Source: Mayamaea pseudoterrestris (Eukaryota). From it: a DNA stretch of 64,000 nucleotides. The translations under genes were made by a program, and so were the position numbers. This document shows positions 20,745 through 33,675 of this stretch, in pieces (positions within the stretch are counted from its first letter, which is position 1; each line of letters starts with the position of its first letter). The stretch spans positions 124,001 to 188,000 of the forward strand of contig BROI01000021.1 of NCBI GenBank assembly GCA_027923505.1, given 5' to 3'. The notes beneath the pieces were generated by a model, which ran no database searches, was not told the origin of the DNA, and worked only from the letters and a program-made list of their open reading frames with translations.

Positions 20745-23700
20745 TCACAACAACGAATCAACAAGTGTCTTGCGCCGCCATACTTGATCATCCTCTCCCA
20801 TTTTTAAGAGCAGCAAGTCCTCGCTCACATCGTTGGCGCTTAAAGTCTCCTTGTACTTTTGCAAATCGGTCATACAGCTGCGACAGACAAAGTGTTTGGG
20901 TTCGTCCTCGAGCATTGGCCGAAAGCATTCGGCATGACATATCGTGGGACAAAACTCGCAACAAACCACATCGCCACCATCCTCGCATTCGATGCAATAA
21001 AACGAGTGTTCCGTTTCGGGTCTCCAACCTAAATCCTTGCCGATCGTAACAACTTCGGCAGCCAAGACGGCATACTCCGGCGCAGTCGGAAGAAGTGGTT
21101 TCGTTGGCGCGACAAACGATTGCGTCAACTCCGAATAGTCATACTCGGCCAGCGCTACGTCAAACACTTGAATGTGCAGCAAGAGAGCCGACATGGACCT
21201 TAATTGCATTAAAACGAGTGGTGATGACCATCCACCATTGTCCTTATACCAGCGAGGCATTCGGTCTAACTTGACCGACGACAGCAGAATGACAAAGGCC
21301 TGGCAAAGGGAACCAAGTTCGCGACTTTCAACCACGAAATTCTTCCAATCGTTAAAATTGCGCCACATGCGCTCCCTTAAATTCAGATCGGGAGCGCTAC
21401 TTCCAGTTACAAGGAACTTGCAGCTGGGTGAAGTTCTATCTGCCAAATGCAAAAGCGCCTTCTTCACAATGTGCCCGCTGACGCATGCGTCGTCCAATGA
21501 ATCGTCGCTGTAGTCAAAACATATTTCGGACATGGACATGGCGCAGCCAGTGCCGTAATATTGTCCATTTTCCACATCCAATGCGCCCTCCGCGTCAACC
21601 AACAACACCCGCTCCGTACCGAAGTCGCAACTTCGACAATTGTAACCATCAGAGTGGCGCAAGTTCCGCTTCAAAGGCCCTTCAAAAGGCGGAGAATGCG
21701 TTGCGCCGGTTTCCATTCCGTCATTGGCGTCGGTCGGCGCTCGGTCCAACTCTGGGGGTGATGCATAAATTAATAGAGGAGGAGTGGTTGTGGAAACTGC
21801 TGCTGGTGCCGGCGAGTCGTAACTGTCGCCGCCCCGAAGCTCTGGTATGGATGAAACTTCCGAATCGTGGCTTCCACCACCGCGTATTCGCAAGCACGTC
21901 GTGTATTCGAGATAATATCGGACAGCAGTATGGAGATGAATTGGATTCGTCGCAGAAGCGAAATCGTTCATTTTTTCCCCGAAAAAGTTCTTCCTCGTGA
22001 CGTTGCGCTCATGCAGAAAACTCATAAGGTCTATCGACAAGCTTGGTATGCGGTTTAATCGTTCATCGGGAAGAACCAAGAGATACTGGACATACCTTAG
22101 AATCAAATCCATAGAATGACGAGGTGAAAGCAACTCTGCAGCTTGTGCAATTCTGCCGTCGCGACAAAAATTATAAAGCACTGCTACCTGTTAGTGCAAC
22201 AACAATGTAAGACAGCGACTCACACTCTTTTCTACAAACTATAAGTCAACTTATCTCACCTCAGTCGTTGAAAATGATACATTGCTGTCCCACGGTGCTA
22301 AAGTGAGATCGTCCAGACAGATCGATCGAGCATCTCTAAAAACAACGCGCTTTTGAAGTAATGTAGCTTCTTTTATAAGGTCGTCATGCACATTTTTACA
22401 CCTCGCAACTGCAGTCAAAAAAGGGAAACAGACACCATCCATATTCTTGTGAATATCGTCATCTGCCGTCAAGTCAATGATTCTTCCTGTCGTTTTACTC
22501 GCAGCAGCTGCATCAATTGCATGTGGATTAATGGGTTCGATCCAGGCAATTGGTTTGTGCGCATTAACTGGACCTGGCAGCGGTAAATGCGATGGCTGCC
22601 TCACTTTTAAAATTAGGATAGTCGCAGAAGGATGTGAAACTTCCTTCCGAACAATACTCGACATGACATCCGAGCTTTGCGACCACGAGGCACTGTATGG
22701 TATTCGAAGAACCGCCGCAGCCAGTTCCCCATTGTTTTGAAATTTATCAATTGGCTTACAGTTGACAGCTAAAACGACATCATTTGGCCGTAACCCTGCC
22801 TTAAAAGCATCCGACTCTGTATTAATTCGCCCGATGCGGCATTCTGCGTCCGTATCACTTTCCCACTTTACAATCTCAAGTCCCCAACCATATCCACAAA
22901 GTAGTTGCGAATTCTTAGACTTTTTAATGGTCATGTCACAATCAGGTCCGTAGGTCAATGACTCGGTTCTCGGATCGGAACAATGCATTAGATAGCGATC
23001 ATGGGGCGGATTCAAGTGCTCTCCTTCAGCAATTGACCACAGATCTGTATACAGCCGTTCGAGTTGGCCCGCGTAGATGTTTTTCGGATAGATAATGTTT
23101 ACTTCCAATTCAGGGCTTTGCGAGAAAGGCGCGCTTTGGTCGGTAGCTTGACATAAACTGGCGTGGACTAATCTTTTGTCTGAGTCAGGGCGTGCTAGCG
23201 TTTCATTAATCGTTGCCAGAGTAGCACCTGCTTTCAAACCATTGTCATTTGCGCTTGTCCCTGACAAAGAGCCTTCTATCGGCACAGCAAACTTCTTCGA
23301 CAAAGATGCAGTTATAACGCTGTCTTCTGTCGGTTGCACCGGCTCTTGAATATGCAAAACTATCCGTCGCTCTGACGCGACTGAACCGGTAGACGCTGTA
23401 GCAGCCACACCACGCATAGCGGACGACAATGCATGGGCGTCGCGTACCAACGATTGGATATCCAGCCCATTAATAGCTAGCAGAATCGCATTCGCTGGAA
23501 CTCCTTGTTGATATGCGGGAGACTGCTCCTTTAAACGACCAACTCTCAGGCGATTGGAGTCATTGCGCCATTGTACAATTTCAAATCCCCAAGATGCATT
23601 GCATAAAACAGAATTCAAATGCAACACCACAAACTTCTTTTCGAGTTTTCTGACGCTATCGCAGCGTGGATCCCCAGCATCAACAAGGCTTCCGCTTTCC

Positions 23701-26700
23701 GCCTGGATGTCAGAAAAGAAAATTCGACAGTCACTATGTGGATGTATAGTCGAGCATTGCGTGTTACAGGCGCCGGCGATGCCTTTAACTGGATGCGGTG
23801 TGATATATGGCAATTCTTCGTCCAAATTTGCGATGCCGTCCATATCAATCGGTTCCTCAGTCTTGTGCAAAAGGCGCATCAAGTGTGGGGCTCGAGAGCT
23901 GAACATATCGTCAAGTATATGAAAAGATCCTCGCAATGTCGGCGTGTACCTGGGCACTCCAAAGTCCGCCAAATTGCAGGTGCAGGGAAAATGTGGCCGT
24001 GATCGATCAGACTCATGATCATCGTGTGGCTCTAGGGCGTCTCTGCATGTACAGCTAGCAAGAGTAGCAACTCGAACTGCTACCGCGTCGTGCATGAGCT
24101 CAGTCTGTGCCAACATTTGATGTACGTCTTCAAACGGTAGCTTCATTACCCCTGTAAGATCCAGAAGTTCGTCCTTTGTCCAAGACTTTAAAGTCTGCGC
24201 ATCGAGCGTCCCAGCAAAAATCTGACGAGGCTTGCAGAGCGGACCTAGAAGCTTGAGCTGCTCATAGCTAACGATTGGTAGAAGAAAGAAAGTGCCTGAC
24301 GGTGCATCCCTGTCATGTGCCTCCACGTCAATGCTCGACGGAACAAACGCGAGTATAAGCAGTTCTACTGGTCGATTCAAATGGTCAAATGAGATGTTTA
24401 CCTTCCGTAGCTCCCTTTGAATCGCGTCAAAAAATGGATCGTCCGGCAGTATAAAGACCGACGAGCCCACCAACGACGCACAATTATCGTAGGATCGCAT
24501 CGCACGGGCAATACGAAACACTCGTTCTGGTAGTGCAACGTCTGCTTCTGGTTCCTCAACCTTATCTTTGCAAATTTGACAGTAATATGATTGTTCAATC
24601 AGACGCCATTCGCTTAAAGAATATCTGTTTGCTTCTTCTAAACCCATCCTCCATTTTTGTAGTCCTTCAAGAACTGCTGCATCAGGCCGTCGTATAATAA
24701 TCTCCAAATCAGTAGCATCGACGAGAACACTCTCCTGTCGTTCAAGCAGACTCATATGCTCCATATTCGTCTTCGTAACGCTGTTCGTGCTGTCGTCTTC
24801 GTCGACGACCTTTACGGAAACAATTACGTCGCCGAGACGTACACCATGCCTCTCAGACACGCCTCCCCCAACAACTTCAGTGACAAGCAAGCCTTTCATG
24901 TCGGCAGCATATGTCACTGCTACCCTTGCAAGATCCGTAACTAGGCAATTGCCCAACGAAGCGTCCTGAAGAAGCTGTGAGCATACTTCGAGATCCTGAA
25001 ATGTTATGCCCAAGGGCTCAAGCTCGAGTGAATCATCTATTACGCTTCTCTTAAGTTTTATAGGTTTCATTGACCAGCGAAGTACTTGAGCTCTTTCTTC
25101 TCGGAAGTCGGGCATGGCTGCATCCGTAGGCAGGATAAGCTTCCATTCAGGCAAGCTCTGGCGCCTGACTCGACTCTCGGCACTGCACCACTCTTCTTTG
25201 TCACCGCACTTCTTGTGTACAGCCTTGTTGCAATTGGCGCATATCAGAAATTCTGAATCATGCAGCTCGGGTGAAATTGGGGACGAACAAGAGACTGCCA
25301 CGCACTTGTCAAACCAAGGAGAAGGTCGCGCTCGCAAACACATGGCAATCGATGCTGGTTCTGGAGCGTTTTCATCATTCTCGCTTAAGAGTTGTCGAGC
25401 TGCCGCGACCAGTCCGTATCGATCCCTTTTCTTTGTAAAAGTTTTGTAGCCGGCTTTCCAATGATCAATTGCTTGCTGGTAGATATTATCTTTCCGTTCG
25501 ATACCACTGTCTCTGGCTTCACCATGCATGGCGCATTTTAAAATCATGTCTAGTAGCTGGCGCACCGCCGCATCAATTGAGTCGCTCACTTGCTCGCCAT
25601 CTGCAGTCTTGCGCAAACGATCACACACTTCTTCTTTACAAACACCCCGTTCGAGCCGTCGCGCAATGTGCATTAAGGTAGGATTCGACCATAGCTCACC
25701 CCGTCGACGACGAAGTCTCATCATGAGCCCTTCCGCTTCAGTAACTTCAGCCTTGTCGCGTCGAGTGCATTTCAAAACGTTAATCAGCTGCGACCTTTTG
25801 GCATAAATGGCTGATTGTACAGCTCGTCTATGACTGTCCACCAGTCCGTAGAGCAAGTGCAGCTGACAAGCTCGCAGTAACTCGACTCGATCGTCGCCAC
25901 ATAAAGAAGCCTCATTGGCATTGAGCGGATATCGCATTCGCTTGGCAGGGCGATGCAGGGATGTTCTCCAGATGTCAGGTTGAGTTTGATGCTGCATCTG
26001 GTACTGGTAGGCTTCCATTATTTTGGGTCGGGTCATTGATGCTTGATTTAAGACGGCATAAGCTGCTATACGATCAATCAAGTGGCTTTCCTGAACGGCT
26101 TTGCGGTGCGAGAGTCGGTGGTTTCCAGCAAAGGTTGCTCGAAATGTGGTCATGTTACGGTGTTTGTCATTATAATTCACATGTTCATCAGAGTCGTTTC
26201 GCTCCAAGACAAACATTTGCATCAATTGCCGCAAGGCACCACCATTGCGCTGCGCGTGCGTCCACAATGCAACCAAATCATATGGTCGCAAGAAAAATTT
26301 GGGCGCACAGGTGGATCGCGTGGGTTTACGACAAAAGGGCGACCGCCGACATGCGCGCGCAGCGGCAGGAGTTGGTAACTGTGCAATCATATGCGTAAGT
26401 CTAGCATACTCTTTGAAATTGTAAACATTTGGAGGTAGAATCAGACTGCATTGATGGTTTTGCGAATTGTAAATGTCGTTCCAGATATTAGCAAAGGGCG
26501 TCATTGGCTTGTTTTCTTTCACATTCTGCAGCTTGGCATCCGTCTTGGCCGTGGACGGAATCAATCTTCCTGACATGTATGATGCCGACGGCAAGTTAAG
26601 CAGCATGGACCAGCATTCCGCATCCGAGTCCAGATTCCTTTCATGGTCATGACCGAGCAGTAAATGCTGCACCAACGCTTTGGTGGACCAAACTTGAAAG

Positions 26701-27101
26701 CGTTCCACGAGCATGTCCAAATGGAGTAGTCGGTCGTTCGATTCCAATCGATTAATCTCATTCTGACATGAGACAATGTCAGTCTCATATGGATTATTCA
26801 TCGTCTTGCTGCTGCTGCATTCATTGTTCAGTCTGCGGAACAGCAAGGCTTCGTCTTCCTTCAATTCATCCAGCTTGTCACAAAGTGATCGATACTCGAA
26901 GACTTGCGCTATTTCTTCAGTATGAATTTTACCAAATTTATAAAAGGAATAGTGGCTTTGAAATTCTGAGAGAAAGACAGCGTGCTCCTCGAGCGGATCA
27001 ATTCGTCCGGCAGTCGTCGATTCGTCGTTCGCACGGAGCTGCTGCTCCTGCTTCTCCTGTTCCTGCAGATTATTTACAGCGGCAGCCACTGAAAGACTCA
27101 T
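20745..27101 (-). CDS. ~2094-aa chromatin-associated protein with PHD fingers, three PDZ-like domains and a WHIM3/WSD-like segment; exons 27101-22260 and 22187-20745
   Basis: A phase-0 GTGAGA..CTAACAG intron joins the 1616-aa and 478-aa ORFs. C-terminal C4HC3 PHD (CIECEDGGDVVCCEFCPTICHAEC...FVCRSC). PDZ-like LGITF/WGFEI/WGLEI...GLRPNDVVLAVN. Confidence 0.8.
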
Positions 27102-27509
27102 GGCGCTACTGAGCCTTGCTTGCTAGAATACTCGTAGGAGTGAGCGGTACATGAAAAAATGTCAAGTTTCATCGCTCCACTTCCTGTTTCTCGTCATGAT
27201 GGTTTCGATGCACATGAGAATGTCACAGCCATGTCGCACTGATACAAAGAGACATAGATGGACGAACAATGTCTGGTTTTGCAAAAGTGACTCAAGAAAG
27301 TAATGACTCGATGGCATAACCGGTGCGAATCGCTGTCGCCTTCATCATCGATCGACCAACATTTTTTTGCATCGTCTCATCTATCCATCTATCGTCTGCC
27401 ATATATTTAAAATTTGCTCACAGTTGGCTGCAGCAGAGAGAACAAGGGAGGAGATTTTTGTACTGTATTGTGATGTACTACTGATACTATACCTGTACTC
27501 CAGAGACAC

Positions 27510-28766
27510 ATGCCGACAAAAAGGGCGAAATTTTTACTCCTTCTCCTACCCGCCTTTTCTTCAATTGCTGCTCCATTTTCGACACGCAGCAGCAGCATGG
27601 GACGTGCCAAGGGTAATCATCGCAAGCAGGAGAACATACGCAAACACATGGCTGCTCTTGCGTCTGCAAGACTTATTAGCCATATGAGTTTGCATCCAGA
27701 GCCAGAGGAGCCAAATTTCGTATCGGATGCTGGACCAGGCTGTCACATTGCTCGTCCTCGTTCTGCACACTCAATGCAAGATCAAGACGAATGGATTCTT
27801 GGATGGGAGGCTATTGATCCTCAAGAGTATGGTGATGATGAAAATGACGTGCCAGACGTTGCCATTGATCCAGACAGTCAATACACTCTCACATTATGCA
27901 ACGTTAGAGACAAGTATGTTGTCGCCTACATTACACTCTACGATCATCTACAGCTTTGCGACAAGCACAACAAACTATTGGCAGCTGGAACGTCCTCCGA
28001 TAAGAACGGCGTCACACGTTCCTGCACCACGCTTATTATCCTTTGTCCACCAAGAACATTTGCGCACTTGGGACGACTCGTCATGGAAGACAATCATGAA
28101 AACATCAGCCTGGAAAATTTGCCTCTTGAGAGTGACGTTTCCATACACCTTCCCCACCCACATCCAAACGATACGCATTCACAATCCATTGCCTTCCCAC
28201 TTGGAAACTGCCAGTACTTGTGCACACAAGGCGAGGACGGAATATTGACACACTTTTTGGCCGGCAACCATCATGCAATTGACTTGGAATGTCGAGTGGG
28301 AACGCCATTGCTAGCCGTCGGAAGCGGCATTGTCATTGACCTTTGCGAGGACAATACATTGGTCAGTGGAATTGCCGTTTCGAACTTGTATAACTGGAAC
28401 TCTATCATGCTAAAGCTTGATACTGACGACGTTGACGACCCACTCTTTGTCGAGTACGTTCACGCGCAATCATTTTGCGTCAGCAAGGGCGATCGAGTAG
28501 AGTGTGGACAAGTGATTGGGGCGAGCGGCAGCGTGGGATTTTCGCCTAGGCCACACTTGCATTTGGCTGCTTACAGGAGCGCCAAGCCGACGGCGCCGAC
28601 GGTTCGGGTGTTCTTTCGAGCAGCGAGTGATAAAAGCTTGTTCTTGCCACGAGCAGGTCTGTATTACAATGCGGATGGACCAGTACATCAAGAAGATTGT
28701 TGCGGCGATGGTAGAGTGGAGGAAGGCGACGTCAAGAATAATGCTGCTAACATGCCACAGTCATAG
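27510..28766 (+). CDS. M23-family zinc metallopeptidase domain protein with signal peptide
   Basis: HHAID (HxxxD), GTPLLAVGSG, EYVH, VSKGDRVECGQVIGASGSVGFSPRPHLHL (HxH); hydrophobic N-terminus. Confidence 0.85.
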   Translation: MPTKRAKFLLLLLPAFSSIAAPFSTRSSSMGRAKGNHRKQENIRKHMAALASARLISHMSLHPEPEEPNFVSDAGPGCHIARPRSAHSMQDQDEWILGWEAIDPQEYGDDENDVPDVAIDPDSQYTLTLCNVRDKYVVAYITLYDHLQLCDKHNKLLAAGTSSDKNGVTRSCTTLIILCPPRTFAHLGRLVMEDNHENISLENLPLESDVSIHLPHPHPNDTHSQSIAFPLGNCQYLCTQGEDGILTHFLAGNHHAIDLECRVGTPLLAVGSGIVIDLCEDNTLVSGIAVSNLYNWNSIMLKLDTDDVDDPLFVEYVHAQSFCVSKGDRVECGQVIGASGSVGFSPRPHLHLAAYRSAKPTAPTVRVFFRAASDKSLFLPRAGLYYNADGPVHQEDCCGDGRVEEGDVKNNAANMPQS

Positions 28767-28848
28767 TGCTTTCGCGCTCGCTGGATACCTACGTTCAATT
28801 ATTAACGCTGCAGGCATATCGTAAATTTTCGCAATTAAATCTATATTA

Positions 28849-30118
28849 CTAGTGTCCTCCCACATCAATCGTCTTGGGTGCAGCGCCAGTTGCATGATCC
28901 GCCGCCTTAATCGCCGTTACAGCCTGCGCCAGCAAAGCTGAGACGTCCGCTGGTCGATCGTTGAACAAAATGGTATTACTCTTGCTTCCCATTTCGCCAT
29001 ACATGGTGACATATTCTCGCGCCAATGCCAAGCGAGCAGCCTCTGTTCCACCAGGCTGCTCCAGTTCTGCGGCAATCGTTCGAAGTGCTTCAGCTTGCGC
29101 TAAGGCCGTCATGCGAATTGCTGACGCTTGACCTTCCGCTTCCAGCAAAATTTTGGTCTTTTCGGCCTCCGCCTCATTCTTTACCTTGATCAAGTTACCT
29201 TCCGACTCGTTGGTGAGCTGTATCTTGACACCCTCTGACTCCAACTCGGCTTTTCGCTTAGACCCTTCCGCCCGCAAGACTTGTTCACGTCGATCACGCT
29301 CCGCAGCTGCTTGCTTGTCCATGGCAATACGAATCTGTTGATCGGGTGTAATTTCAGTAATCTCGTATCGCCGAATCTGTAATCCCCATGGATCACTCGC
29401 TTCCTGAAGGCTCTCCCGAATGAGGCCATTCAATCGAGCCCGCCCGTGCAAAATTTCATCCAATTCCATTTCTCCAATGGCCGATCGCATGGCCGACTGC
29501 GCATGCTGCGTCACCGAGTAGAGAGGATTGAATGCTCCGTAGGCAGCCTTTTCTGCATCAACAAATCGAACAAACAAGTTACCGGAGACTTCAACACTAA
29601 CATTGTCTCGAGTTATAGCTGATTGTGGTTGTATATCCAAGGCGCGCTCTCGGACGTCAATCACGTAGGCAATTTGATCAACAATAGGAACGGCAAGAAA
29701 CCAACCAGACTCCTGAATGGCGTGAAGCTTTCCGAATCGTTCCACGACGAACATGAATCCTTGGGGAACAATGTTAAAGACTGCGTGTTCGGTGATGGAT
29801 GAGTGAGTGAGTGAGTGCATGAGTTCAGCTCGCTTTCTCGTCAATGGAAATCTACGTGTCTTCGAGTACGGTAGCAGCAGCAGTCACCCCCAGTGAACTC
29901 GACTCGATGTGTATCCTAATCCAAGCAAGCTACGTACTCGTGTTCGGTCTGGAAATGGGCCAGTTCCAAGCAGCTCCTCCTCCCGCGCTGGGAAAGTTGT
30001 CAAACGAGTAGGAACTCAAAAGGCGCGTCGTGGAAGAGCGTGACAGCGACGACGACGCATTGCCGGCCGCAGATCGCAACGTCAAAGACTGAATATTCTT
30101 GACAACTGAACCTAGCAT
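28849..30118 (-). CDS. STOML2: Stomatin-like protein 2 (SPFH/band 7), mitochondrial; exons 30118-29938 and 29780-28849
   Basis: IVPQGFMFVVERFGK, QSAITRDNV, AQSAMRSAIG, WGLQIRRYEI, QAAAERDRR. Mitochondrial-type Arg/Ser-rich leader; phase-1 intron. Confidence 0.92.
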
Positions 30119-30516
30119 CTTTCTCCTTGGTAATTAATAGGTAGTAAAACTGTAGACGCGCAGTCAGTCTACCAATAGCAGTAGTAATCTGTCGAGTAGA
30201 ATCACGACGGCGATGATGAAGATCAAGAAGATGCGGTTCGAACGAAGCGGCGTGGCCTGGCCCCTAGTTCAGTAACGCTACGACTATAGAAATGTCGCAA
30301 CGGGCTCTCTTGCAAGCCAGCCGAGCCGCCTCGACACACTTTTTCGCGGCGAAACGGACCGTTATCGGCACCAAGTCATCCATCCGTTGACTCTTCGCCG
30401 CTCACTAGTGGTCCATTAAGGTACTTCAGCCACTTTCTGGTCCCGAAGAACGTCAAGTACTAAATGACGATAATTTGTGAAAGCTATACGAGTAGTAGTT
30501 GGCTGACCGAGTCATC

Positions 30517-33500
30517 ATGACGGATGGAGGAAGGAGTGACGAGGCAATCAACAAACAATCGAATGATATCCATTTCGACGAAGATGTTTCATTGTCAACG
30601 ACAGAAAATGATTCTCTGTCCTCTCGTGATCTACATCTGCATAAATCTCAATCTTCCATACATGATACTGATGCAGTGCTTCTGACAGTAGATGATCCAA
30701 TTTGCCTCGTCGGAGAAGTCGTAGGAGGATATCGATTGCCAATTCACGATCCACACAATGAGTATTACGCTTACATTTTGATACGATACGACGATGACTT
30801 TTTGCACGTTACCAAAGCGGCGCTGGAACCGGGCCAGAATCCAATATGGACGTTGAGTAGTGGATCACTCTTTTTCCTTGAAACGTCTGCAAGAGAATTG
30901 GCGACGAAGCAACTGCAATTGAGTGTCTGGTTCAAACGAAAAGACCCATTGAGATTGACAACGTTGGAACGACTGCTGGTTGGACAAGCTACTGTAGATT
31001 GCATAACGTTAATCATGGATAATTTGAATGAACAACCCATCGAAGTTGACGTCATGCCGGATGACCAAGGAGTGACAACAACTGCAAGTGGAACATTGAC
31101 TCTCAGGTTCAGACTAGCGACCATCAGCGACCAAGACTTTGTTGAAGCATTTACCAAGGAAAGCAAACGCCGAGCGAAGTCGTCACCATCTGATTTGACG
31201 CGACTGCTGCTGCTCCAGGATCACCGACCGCTTGCTACACTTGTTACCGAGACTGATGAAACTAATGTCGCAAGGACCAGCTTTGTTAATGCTCTGTCAA
31301 ATGCATTCAGCGCCCGCAATATATTTCACCACGGCGAGCAAAAAGTTCGCGTCAAGCCTTTTCCGGACAAGGATGATGCCGACAAAACAATGTACTTGTC
31401 GCCCAAGCAAATAAAGGAGGAAACGCTCAAGCCGTCCAAGGAGTGGATTGAAGCAGGGTGTTCTGGTTCTGTCGCCAAACTTTACTTGGAAATCTTGTCA
31501 TGTCATGACCTCCCAAATGCCGATGTTGGAGAAGCAATGGGCAACTTGACTGATTGCTTTATATGCGCCGTTTTCGAGGATGCAATGGTACAAACGCCCG
31601 TCATTGACGATGAACTCAATCCACACTGGCTTCCTTGGACGCAACGGGCCTTTGTTTTTGGATGCATGCATCCAGCAAGCATATTGTACTTGGGAGCATT
31701 TGATTTTGAGCTGGGTTTGAGCAAGCATGAACCGCTCGGGCGCGTGAGTGTCAACATTAGCAATCTGCAGCGCGATACTGACTATGTCTTGACGTACCCC
31801 ATGTACAAGAGCTCGCACGTGACGGAAAGAAAGGCTGCCGGCTTCATTCGGATACGTTTGCGCATTGAGTATATCGACGAGCGAAAGGTTTTGCTAGCGG
31901 CGCTTTGCCCGCGACCGAAATTTCACGTCAACGTTTATAAGGAGAAGAGTTTGAAAGTTGTACGATACACATGCTTTGGCGAATATGGCGACGACAATAA
32001 TGGAGAGAAATTTGATTTGATTGTCATGCGCTCGTACGCCAATGAGCTGCTTGAACACAAAGATACGCTGCTCTACTGCATTGGTGACGCGATGCTTTCA
32101 GTCATCTTTTGGCGCGGCCAAGTGAAAGTATGGGACAACGTATATATTCCGCTCCATTCATTTGTTATCTTTTGCTCGACAGCATATCTGGTGGAACACC
32201 CATACATGGCGCCGTCGTTTTTTCTTCTGTCGATTGCCTGGATCATGCTCGCAACAAATACTGTCCGTCGGCAGCACCCATCGCCATGGCATCGCTGCCC
32301 ATCGTTTTGGCAATATGCCAAGGCACTGCATCATGGCCGGTCGTCACTGTTAGTGCAATCAATCCAGCCCGATGAAGGCCGAGCAGTGGCTGCCTCGTAT
32401 GAAGCGGCATGGTCACAGCGGATGGAAGTCGACCGAAAATTTGCCGCGACGAGGGCACAGTTGATCCAGGAAGTAAGCGATTTTGGCAACGATATCATAC
32501 ATACCAAACAAAGTGACTTGATTCCGTTGGATTTGCTTGAAAAGCTATCTTACTACCAAGCATTGCTTGGCCAGTATTGCAAGTACTTCCGTTTTGTCAA
32601 GATAATTGCGACATGGGAAGAGAGTATCATTTCCTTTTGGATCACGGCTATATTCCTGGTGGCAGGCATTGTCTCGCTCGTCGTTCCATGGGCGTTTATT
32701 CTCCGCTGGATCGGACGCACCTGTGTCTGGTGCTTTTTGGGCCCGCACATGGTTATTGTTGATGCGCTACTTCATTCAGGAAACAATGATGACGATGAAG
32801 TGCTGGCCAAATTGATCGATAGCTACAGAAAAGAAAGTCGGTTGGTCCGGCAGCGACGTCAAGTTGCCGTAAAACTGAAAGATATCAAACAAACTTTGTT
32901 CGGCAACTACAGCACTCTGATCCCGTCGTACAATCTGAGTCGTCACTATGATCGGCCTCTCTCGAAATCTTATGCAAAGCTTTCCAGGGGCGGACAAACG
33001 CCAATAAAGCTGGCAGACATGTACATACCTGGCCAACAATGTTTCGGAGTGATGATTCCTCGTCCGCATATGGCAGCCGCACAGCACGAAAATGAGAAAC
33101 TAGCACTTCTGAAAACGCTTGATATCATACAGCGCCATGTCAAAGCAATTACATCCGAAGAGGACCAGCAGTTTTTAAGGCAAGTTCACCACGTGATTGA
33201 AGACGAAGGCCGTGGCGAGAAATCAACATCTTTTAGTCTTGAATTAATTTTGACACCGACTTTAGGTTTGAAGGAATCTGAACACGGCAAAAAAGTAATA
33301 ACGAAATCTGAGCGAGTAATGGTCGTCTCGGAGGGCATGCGGATGAATCGTCGGTCAACACTGAATCATGGCGCACACCGAGAGTTGATGGCGACTGCTT
33401 GTGAAGAGAAATTGGACGGTCCGCTGGAGCTTCTGAGCGACGATGACCCACCTCGCTTCCTTGACGCATTTAATTCAGCATATGACATTGATGAATGTCA

Positions 33501-33675
33501 AGAACGCTGCTGCGCCCTTGCGCAAGATGATTTGGACGGTCCTCATGAAGCCGTCGAAGTGATGCTGAGCTGCGCATCGACGTCTGATGATGACGAGGAG
33601 GACGATAAGACTGAACAAAGATGCAAGGCAACAATTTATTTTCGACCAGATACATCAAAGCGTAATGTGCATTGA
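30517..33675 (+). CDS. Multiple-C2-domain transmembrane protein (MCTP-like)
   Basis: Two C2-like domains (GQNPIW; LYLEILSCHDLPNAD...TPVIDDELNPHW...FDFELGLSKHEPLGRV) followed by hydrophobic segments. First in-frame ATG is at 30517. Confidence 0.75.
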   Translation: MTDGGRSDEAINKQSNDIHFDEDVSLSTTENDSLSSRDLHLHKSQSSIHDTDAVLLTVDDPICLVGEVVGGYRLPIHDPHNEYYAYILIRYDDDFLHVTKAALEPGQNPIWTLSSGSLFFLETSARELATKQLQLSVWFKRKDPLRLTTLERLLVGQATVDCITLIMDNLNEQPIEVDVMPDDQGVTTTASGTLTLRFRLATISDQDFVEAFTKESKRRAKSSPSDLTRLLLLQDHRPLATLVTETDETNVARTSFVNALSNAFSARNIFHHGEQKVRVKPFPDKDDADKTMYLSPKQIKEETLKPSKEWIEAGCSGSVAKLYLEILSCHDLPNADVGEAMGNLTDCFICAVFEDAMVQTPVIDDELNPHWLPWTQRAFVFGCMHPASILYLGAFDFELGLSKHEPLGRVSVNISNLQRDTDYVLTYPMYKSSHVTERKAAGFIRIRLRIEYIDERKVLLAALCPRPKFHVNVYKEKSLKVVRYTCFGEYGDDNNGEKFDLIVMRSYANELLEHKDTLLYCIGDAMLSVIFWRGQVKVWDNVYIPLHSFVIFCSTAYLVEHPYMAPSFFLLSIAWIMLATNTVRRQHPSPWHRCPSFWQYAKALHHGRSSLLVQSIQPDEGRAVAASYEAAWSQRMEVDRKFAATRAQLIQEVSDFGNDIIHTKQSDLIPLDLLEKLSYYQALLGQYCKYFRFVKIIATWEESIISFWITAIFLVAGIVSLVVPWAFILRWIGRTCVWCFLGPHMVIVDALLHSGNNDDDEVLAKLIDSYRKESRLVRQRRQVAVKLKDIKQTLFGNYSTLIPSYNLSRHYDRPLSKSYAKLSRGGQTPIKLADMYIPGQQCFGVMIPRPHMAAAQHENEKLALLKTLDIIQRHVKAITSEEDQQFLRQVHHVIEDEGRGEKSTSFSLELILTPTLGLKESEHGKKVITKSERVMVVSEGMRMNRRSTLNHGAHRELMATACEEKLDGPLELLSDDDPPRFLDAFNSAYDIDECQERCCALAQDDLDGPHEAVEVMLSCASTSDDDEEDDKTEQRCKATIYFRPDTSKRNVH

